Assembly (NCBI GenBank): GCA_963805625.1
Contig: CAWDVE010000010.1
Coordinates: 512,001-576,000 of the forward strand
From: an uncultured Candidatus Rokubacteria bacterium
GTDB lineage: Bacteria; Methylomirabilota; Methylomirabilia; Rokubacteriales; DASRDR01
Direction: 5' to 3'
Length of the DNA stretch: 64,000 nt
Part shown: piece by piece, positions 58,809 to 64,000 of the stretch
How the letters are laid out: each line of letters begins with the position of its first letter
Position numbering within the stretch: the first letter of the stretch is position 1
Translations under genes and position numbers: made by a program
The notes under the pieces: generated by a model
Seen by the model: only the letters and a program-made list of their open reading frames with translations
What the model was told of the DNA's origin: nothing
The model's database searches: none

Positions 58809-59345
58809 TCAGTGGTGGCACATCACGCAGTCGAGCGGACCCTTCCGCTCGGCGTGACAGGACACGCACCAGCCCATGGTCAGGGGCGCTACCTGGGCGA
58901 CCTCGGTCATCGTCTGCACTTCCCCGTGGCACTGCTGGCAGGCCAGGCCCGTCTGCACGTGGCGCTTGTGGGGAAAGTAGACGAAGCCAGCGAGCTTGTG
59001 GATCCGCACCCACTCCACCGGCCGGCCGTCCTTGGAAAGGGCCCGGAGCTTCTCGACTTCCTTCTGGAGCTCCGCGTCCTGCGACGCGACGATCTGATGG
59101 CAGCCCATGCAGCGCTTGACGGATGGGATGCCCGCGTAGGTGGACCGGCGGGCGTCCGCGTGGCAGTACTGGCAGTCGATCTTGAAGTCGCCGGCGTGGA
59201 TCTTGTGGCTGAAGAGGATGGGCTGCTTCGGAGCCGGGGCGATCGGGGCCTGCGCGCTGGCCGGGGTGACAACGGTCCCGGGGAGGAGTACCACCGCGAT
59301 CGAGACGATCAGGGCGGCGAGCACTTCCCTCACGCGGACCTGCAT
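58809..59345 (-). CDS. actA: Alternative complex III pentaheme cytochrome c
   Basis: QPILFSHKIHAG; five CxxCH motifs; TMGWC. Confidence 0.9.
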   Translation of the reverse strand: MQVRVREVLAALIVSIAVVLLPGTVVTPASAQAPIAPAPKQPILFSHKIHAGDFKIDCQYCHADARRSTYAGIPSVKRCMGCHQIVASQDAELQKEVEKLRALSKDGRPVEWVRIHKLAGFVYFPHKRHVQTGLACQQCHGEVQTMTEVAQVAPLTMGWCVSCHAERKGPLDCVMCHH

Positions 59346-59439
59346 CCGCCCCGTCCTCGTCTGGCTCTCGTCAGCCGGTAACGCCCGCGCCCGGTCAGGG
59401 CGGGCTAAGGCAAGTGCGCTCTTTCACAAGGCAGGGCGG

Positions 59440-59468
59440 ATGATAGCAGCGGCCCCCAGACCCGTCAA
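59440..59468 (-). promoter_or_regulatory. sigma70 promoter of the act operon
   Basis: TTGACG-17 bp-TATCAT with extended TGn. Confidence 0.7.
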
Positions 59469-59479
59469 CGCTTTTCTGC

Positions 59480-59968
59480 TCAGACGGCTCCCTCGACCAT
59501 CGCGAATGGGATCTCGACGAACTCGCGGGTCTCGGCGCTGAATCGATGCGCGCGGGTGTCCGCCACCCGGCCTTCTGCGACCGCGACGACCACGTAGGTC
59601 GCCTGCGGATACGCGGGGACTCCGTCGAGCATCGCGTTCCGGCGGTCCGTCTCGGAGAAGTAGGCGCCGGCGTCGACGTGCGAGTGGTAGATCACCCGCA
59701 CCTCGAACCCTTCCCCTTCCCGGCGGCCGATCTCGAGAAGATCCTCGTGGGCGATGTAGTAAGCCGTTCGCGCGGTCCGCGGGAAGCGCCCGGGGTCTCG
59801 CGCGTGGAGCTCGTCCTGGATGTTGCGGCAGGCGAGGAGCCGCCGCTCGTCGACGTCGCCTGGAGCGCCCGGCCGGACCAGCAGCACGCCGCAGCACTCC
59901 GCGGGATAGTCGGCCCGGGCGTGCCGCTGGATCGCCTCGAGCTCGGCCGGCGTGAGAAGGGGGCTCAC
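59480..59968 (-). CDS. M67/JAB metallopeptidase (Mec-like)
   Basis: YP.ECCG; YHSH......S..D. Confidence 0.92.
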   Translation of the reverse strand: MSPLLTPAELEAIQRHARADYPAECCGVLLVRPGAPGDVDERRLLACRNIQDELHARDPGRFPRTARTAYYIAHEDLLEIGRREGEGFEVRVIYHSHVDAGAYFSETDRRNAMLDGVPAYPQATYVVVAVAEGRVADTRAHRFSAETREFVEIPFAMVEGAV

Positions 59969-60243
59969 GCGCCTCCCGCCAGCGCCGGGATGATGGATAC
60001 CTCGTCTCCGTCCTTCAGCCGGGTCGCCGCTCCCTGGAGACTGCCGATCTCCTCCCCGTTCACGTACAGATTGACGTGATGGTGCATCTGCCCGGTCGCG
60101 TCCCGCACCAGACCCCGGAGGCCCTCGAACCGCCCCTCGAGGGCGTCGAGCAGCTCCTGCACGTCGGCCGCGTCCACGTCGACCCGCGGCGCGTTCGCCG
60201 TCGCGCGTCGGAATGGCGTCGGAATGTACACGCTCACTGCCAT
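59965..60243 (-). CDS. MoaD/ThiS-family sulfur carrier (CysO-like)
   Basis: V.IPT..R, NLYVN, C-terminal IIPALAGG-A. Confidence 0.92.
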   Translation of the reverse strand: MAVSVYIPTPFRRATANAPRVDVDAADVQELLDALEGRFEGLRGLVRDATGQMHHHVNLYVNGEEIGSLQGAATRLKDGDEVSIIPALAGGA

Positions 60244-60266
60244 GGCTCCGTCTCCTTCCCGTCCCC

Positions 60267-61226
60267 TCAGCGCTCGGAGGCTTCGAGCGAAACGCTCAGG
60301 TACCGCTCGCCGGTGTCGCAGAGGACCGTCACGACCGTCCGCCCGGCGCCGAGCTTCTCGGCCACGCCGAGCGCGGCCCACACGTTCGCCCCGGCCGAGA
60401 TCCCCGCGAGAAGCCCCTCCTCGCGCGCCAGCCGGAGCGTCGTGGCCATCGCGTCCTCGTCCTTCACCTGCACGATCTCGTCGATCACGGTGCGATTGAG
60501 GATCCCGGGCACGAACGAGGCGCCGATGCCCTGGATCCCGTGGACTCGCGACTTCCCTCCCGACAGCACCGGCGAGCGGGCCGGCTCGACCGCGACGATG
60601 CGAACACGGGGGATGCGCTCCCGCAGCACCTCGCCCACCCCGGTGATCGTCCCCCCGGTGCCCACCCCCGCCACGAAACCGTCCACCTTGCCGCCGGTGG
60701 CCTCCAGGATCTCGAGGGCCGTCGTCCGCCGGTGGGCCTCCGGGTTGGCCGGGTTCTCGAACTGCTGCAGCATCACGTAGCCCGGATGCGCGCGACAGAG
60801 CTCCTGGGCCGCGAACACGGCGCCCGTCATCCCCTCGATCGCCGGCGTGAGGACCAGCTCCGCGCCGAGTCGCGCCAGGAGCCGGCGTCGCTCGAGGCTC
60901 ATGTCGTCGGGCATCGTGAGGACGAGGCGGTAGCCCTTGACCGCCGCGACCACCGCCAGGCCGATGCCCGTATTTCCGCTGGTCGGCTCCACGAGGGTCG
61001 AGCCGGTCTGGAGTGTGCCGCGGCGCTCCGCGTCCTCGATCATGGACCGCGCGATCCGGTCCTTGACGCTCCCGCCCGGATTCTGCGACTCGACCTTGGC
61101 CAGGATGGTCGCGCTGCCCGCAGGCACGATCCGTCCGAGCCGCACGAGCGGAGTGTTGCCGATCAGGTCGAGCACGCTGTCGGCGACGCGTGGACGCCCG
61201 GCCATCGGTTCCCCCCCGGGGCTCAT
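60267..61226 (-). CDS. cysK: Cysteine synthase
   Basis: GNTPLV, NPGGSVKDR, PTSGNTG, GTGGT, IQGIG. Confidence 0.95.
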   Translation of the reverse strand: MSPGGEPMAGRPRVADSVLDLIGNTPLVRLGRIVPAGSATILAKVESQNPGGSVKDRIARSMIEDAERRGTLQTGSTLVEPTSGNTGIGLAVVAAVKGYRLVLTMPDDMSLERRRLLARLGAELVLTPAIEGMTGAVFAAQELCRAHPGYVMLQQFENPANPEAHRRTTALEILEATGGKVDGFVAGVGTGGTITGVGEVLRERIPRVRIVAVEPARSPVLSGGKSRVHGIQGIGASFVPGILNRTVIDEIVQVKDEDAMATTLRLAREEGLLAGISAGANVWAALGVAEKLGAGRTVVTVLCDTGERYLSVSLEASER

Positions 61227-61229
61227 CGA

Positions 61230-61676
61230 TCAGATGTGGTAGATGGTGCGCTCGGGTGACCGACGCGCCTTGACCTGCTCGGCCAGGTCACCGAAGGTCG
61301 TGCGGTCGATCACGGCCGCCACCGCACCCGAGATCTCTCGCCAGAGCGGCGCCAGATCGGACGCGGCGGCCTCGCTTACCTTGGTCGGATGACGGCCCGC
61401 GACCTCCAGCGCCGTGACGCGTCCCTCGACGGCCCGGAGCACTTCTCCTACCGAGATCCCTGCCGGCGCCCGGACCAGCTGGTAGCCCCCTGCCGACCCG
61501 CGCTTGGACTCGAGGATCCCCGCCCGCTTGAGGAGCAGGAGCACCTGCTCCAGGTAGCGCTGGGGAATGCCCTGGCGGCGTGCCACCTCCTGGATGGGGA
61601 CGAGCCCCTCGCCATGGTGAACGGCGAGGTCGAGGAGGGCACGGATCGCGTACTCACCCTTCGCTGAAATTCGCAT
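61230..61676 (-). CDS. Rrf2-family regulator without Fe-S Cys ligands (CymR-like)
   Basis: KGEYA, YLEQ, S.RG..GGY; no cysteines; heads the cysK operon. Confidence 0.9.
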   Translation of the reverse strand: MRISAKGEYAIRALLDLAVHHGEGLVPIQEVARRQGIPQRYLEQVLLLLKRAGILESKRGSAGGYQLVRAPAGISVGEVLRAVEGRVTALEVAGRHPTKVSEAAASDLAPLWREISGAVAAVIDRTTFGDLAEQVKARRSPERTIYHI

Positions 61677-61722
61677 ATCCGGTCAAGAATGGAGTGTACC
61701 GACCGGATTGGAGGAGCGTCAA
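61677..61722 (-). promoter_or_regulatory. Promoter plus inverted repeat upstream of rrf2
   Basis: TTGACG-18 bp-TACACT; ATCCGGTC-N16-GACCGGAT (61677-61708) brackets the -10. Confidence 0.6.
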
Positions 61723-61815
61723 GGCGGGCTGTGAGCTTCCTGGGGCCGTTTGGGCGCCTGCCGGGTCAGCCGTCCGGGCGGCCGTGGACTCTCGGGCGAG
61801 TCTCCGCGGGGAGCG

Positions 61816-62697
61816 TCAGTCCTTCCGAAGACGAGGGTTCAGCCAGTCCTGGAGCCCGTCCCCCAGGAAGTTGAACCCGAGGACGACAGACAGGATCGCG
61901 AGGCCGGGGAACGTGGCCACCCACCAGTACTCGAACTTGGTCTGGCCCGCGGCGATCATCGCGCCCCACTCCGGGGCGGGCGGGACCGCGCCGAGGCCGA
62001 TGAAGGACAGGGCGGCGGTGAAGATGATGGCGTTGCCGATGTCGAGCGAGCCCTTGACGACGATCGGGGGAAACGCATTCGGAAGGATATGGGTCAGCAC
62101 GACGCGGAAGCCTGGCGCGCCGAGTGCCCGGGCCGCGATCACGTAGTCATTCTCCTTGATCGCCAGGACCTGTCCTCGCATGAGCCGGCTGAACTCCGGC
62201 CACGATACGAGCAGGATCGCGAACATGGCGTTGCGGAGCCCGGCCCCGAGGGCCGCGGTGATCGCCATGGCCAGGACGATGGGCGGGAACGCGAGCACGA
62301 TGTCGACCACCCGCATGAGGAGCTCGTCCACCCGCCCGCCCACGTACCCGGCCACCGCGCCTACGCCCGCCCCGAACAGGCTCGCCAGGAGGATGACCGT
62401 GAAGGCGACCGGAATCGTGATGCGCGCGCCGTAGAGCACGCGCGAGAAGTTGTCACGGCCCGCCTCGTCCGTGCCGAAGAAGTGGATCGGCCCCGGCGAC
62501 TCGAGCCGGTTCATGACGTCCAGGTGCATCGGGCTGTGGGGCGCGAGCCACGGGGCAAACGCCGCGACGAACACCCAGACACCCACGACGAGCGCGCCGA
62601 CGATGAGCGCGCTATTCGCGCGCCTGCGGCCCCGTACGACCGCCTCGCGGGGAACGGTCAGCGCGCTCGGGCTGGCGATCGGCTGGGCGGAGGGCAC
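61816..62697 (-). CDS. Peptide/nickel ABC transporter permease (DppC-like)
   Basis: FGTD..GRD, YV.AARALG, HILPN, PEWG. Confidence 0.94.
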   Translation of the reverse strand: MPSAQPIASPSALTVPREAVVRGRRRANSALIVGALVVGVWVFVAAFAPWLAPHSPMHLDVMNRLESPGPIHFFGTDEAGRDNFSRVLYGARITIPVAFTVILLASLFGAGVGAVAGYVGGRVDELLMRVVDIVLAFPPIVLAMAITAALGAGLRNAMFAILLVSWPEFSRLMRGQVLAIKENDYVIAARALGAPGFRVVLTHILPNAFPPIVVKGSLDIGNAIIFTAALSFIGLGAVPPAPEWGAMIAAGQTKFEYWWVATFPGLAILSVVLGFNFLGDGLQDWLNPRLRKD

Positions 62698-62707
62698 GTC
62701 GCGCCGG

Positions 62708-63724
62708 TCACCGCACGCGGATGCGCGGGTCGAGGACGCCGTAGAGCAGATCGACGATGAGGTTCACGGTGATGTAGATGACCGCGGTCAGCATCGTGAC
62801 ACCGAGGATGGCGGGATAGTCGAGCCGCGTCGAAGCCGTCACCGCGTAGCGCCCGATCCCGGGCCAGGCGAAGACCGTCTCGGTCAGCACCGCGCCGGAC
62901 AGGAGACTCGCGAACGTGAGCCCGATGACCGTGACCACCGGGATCAAGGCGTTCCGGAGCGCGTGGAATCCCACGACCACGCCCTCACCGAGCCCCTTCG
63001 ACCGGGCCGTCCGCACGTAGTCGGCGTTGAGGACTTCGAGCAGGGACGACCGCGTCGTGCGGGCGATGATGCCCATGATGAACCACCCCAGGACGAGAGC
63101 GGGCAAGATCAGGTGCCGGACCGCCGCCGCGAAGAGCTCCCCGTTTCCGGCGGCGAGGCTGTCGACGAGGAGGAACCCGGTGACGCGAGCAGGCATGGTC
63201 TGGTGGCTGTCCAGGCGCCCGGGCCCCGGCGCCCACTCGAGGAGGTAGTAGAAGACGTAGAGCGCGATGAGACCGGTCCAGAAGATCGGCGAGGCAGCGC
63301 CGACCAGCGACACGGCGCGGGCGGCGTGATCGGGCAGCCGGTTATGATGGATCGCCGCCCACACTCCCAGCGGCACGCCGAAGCAGACGGCCACCGCCAA
63401 CGCGGCCAGCGACAGTTCCACCGTCGCAGGCAAGAACTGCTTGAGGTCCTGCAGGACGGGACGACGCGTGGTGAAGGACTCCCCGAGATCTCCTCGCAGG
63501 ACATTCTTTAGGTACGAGACGAACTGCTCCGGCAGCGACCGATCCAGCCCCCAGCGCTTGACGTAGGCGGCGCGGATGGACGGGTCCTTGGTCGCCTGCT
63601 CCGAGAGCACCGTGGCCAGCGGATCCGCCGGCACGCTGTGGGCGACAAGGAACGCGGTGAGGACGACACCGAACAGCGCGACGACGGCCAGCACGAGCCG
63701 TCGTCCGAGATAGGTCAGGAGCAT
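62708..63724 (-). CDS. Peptide/nickel ABC transporter permease (DppB-like)
   Basis: GDLG.S, PAT.EL, DYVRTARSKG, ETVF.WPG.G, DPRIR. Confidence 0.94.
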   Translation of the reverse strand: MLLTYLGRRLVLAVVALFGVVLTAFLVAHSVPADPLATVLSEQATKDPSIRAAYVKRWGLDRSLPEQFVSYLKNVLRGDLGESFTTRRPVLQDLKQFLPATVELSLAALAVAVCFGVPLGVWAAIHHNRLPDHAARAVSLVGAASPIFWTGLIALYVFYYLLEWAPGPGRLDSHQTMPARVTGFLLVDSLAAGNGELFAAAVRHLILPALVLGWFIMGIIARTTRSSLLEVLNADYVRTARSKGLGEGVVVGFHALRNALIPVVTVIGLTFASLLSGAVLTETVFAWPGIGRYAVTASTRLDYPAILGVTMLTAVIYITVNLIVDLLYGVLDPRIRVR

Positions 63725-63787
63725 GGGCGCGGCTCGCCGGGAGTGCGCCCGGCGACAGGACCCTCGACGAGCCGCGTCACGTGCTGT

Positions 63788-64000
63788 TTACCGGCTGAGA
63801 TTCGCCACGGTGACCCACCAGATCGGATGGATCGCGTAGCCCTTGATCGCGGGATTCAGCCCCACAAAATTCTTGGGCTGGATCAGCATGATCTCGGGAA
63901 CGTCTTCGAGGACGATCTTGTTCATCTCCATGTACAGGCCTTCACGCTTCTTGACGTCCTGCTCCTTCTTGGCCGTGGCGATGATGTCGTTGACCTTGGG
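63788..64000 (-). CDS. Peptide ABC transporter substrate-binding protein, C-terminal part (runs off window)
   Basis: Open frame PKVNDIIATAKKEQDVKKREGLYMEMNKIVLEDVPEI...; upstream of the permeases. Confidence 0.8.
   Translation of the reverse strand, partial: PKVNDIIATAKKEQDVKKREGLYMEMNKIVLEDVPEIMLIQPKNFVGLNPAIKGYAIHPIWWVTVANLSR

Noticed and set aside
52127-59345. Qrc or polysulfide reductase instead of ACIII
   Set aside because: DUF3341 (ActD), monoheme ActE and a second NrfD-like ActF are present, which defines ACIII.

Overview
GC-rich bacterial chromosomal window. The gene repertoire (two class III nucleotide cyclases, one with DZR-AAA-TPR architecture; alternative complex III; arg/hsl/xerC/topA/dprA block) suggests Methylomirabilota/Rokubacteria, but that is inference only. 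The right part (27.4-64 kb) is mostly core genome: galT-gpsA-plsY-pgsA-comB, argGFD/argB, hslUV, xerC, topA, dprA, cpoB, a polar amino-acid ABC transporter, YeeE, moeA, an ArnT-like glycosyltransferase, actABCDEF, mec-cysO-cysK-rrf2 and a peptide ABC transporter. The tRNA-Gly/Cys/Leu cluster has been pulled apart by mobile DNA. Main observations: (1) A ~13 kb integrated element (10477-23510) with tyrosine integrase, excisionase-like HTH, prim-pol and RepA-type helicase, plus podovirus-like scaffold and ejection proteins, but no recognisable capsid, portal or terminase. It looks like a phage satellite. (2) It is bounded by a 39-bp repeat of the 5' half of tRNA-Leu(TAA), not the usual 3' end, so the intact tRNA now lies behind element-supplied upstream DNA. 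Similar arm-like repeats sit upstream of the second Leu half-copy and of tRNA-Cys. (3) A rhodanese has an in-frame TGA at the catalytic Cys position followed by a SECIS-like hairpin, so it is a probable selenoprotein missed by the ORF track. (4) A HEPN-motif gene, an orphan RiPP-like peptide and a PEP-CTERM protein ride on the element. (5) There are several deletion scars (neprosin fragment, SoxY-cytochrome c fusion, AEC transporter fragment). All family assignments are from motif recognition by eye; no database search was run.
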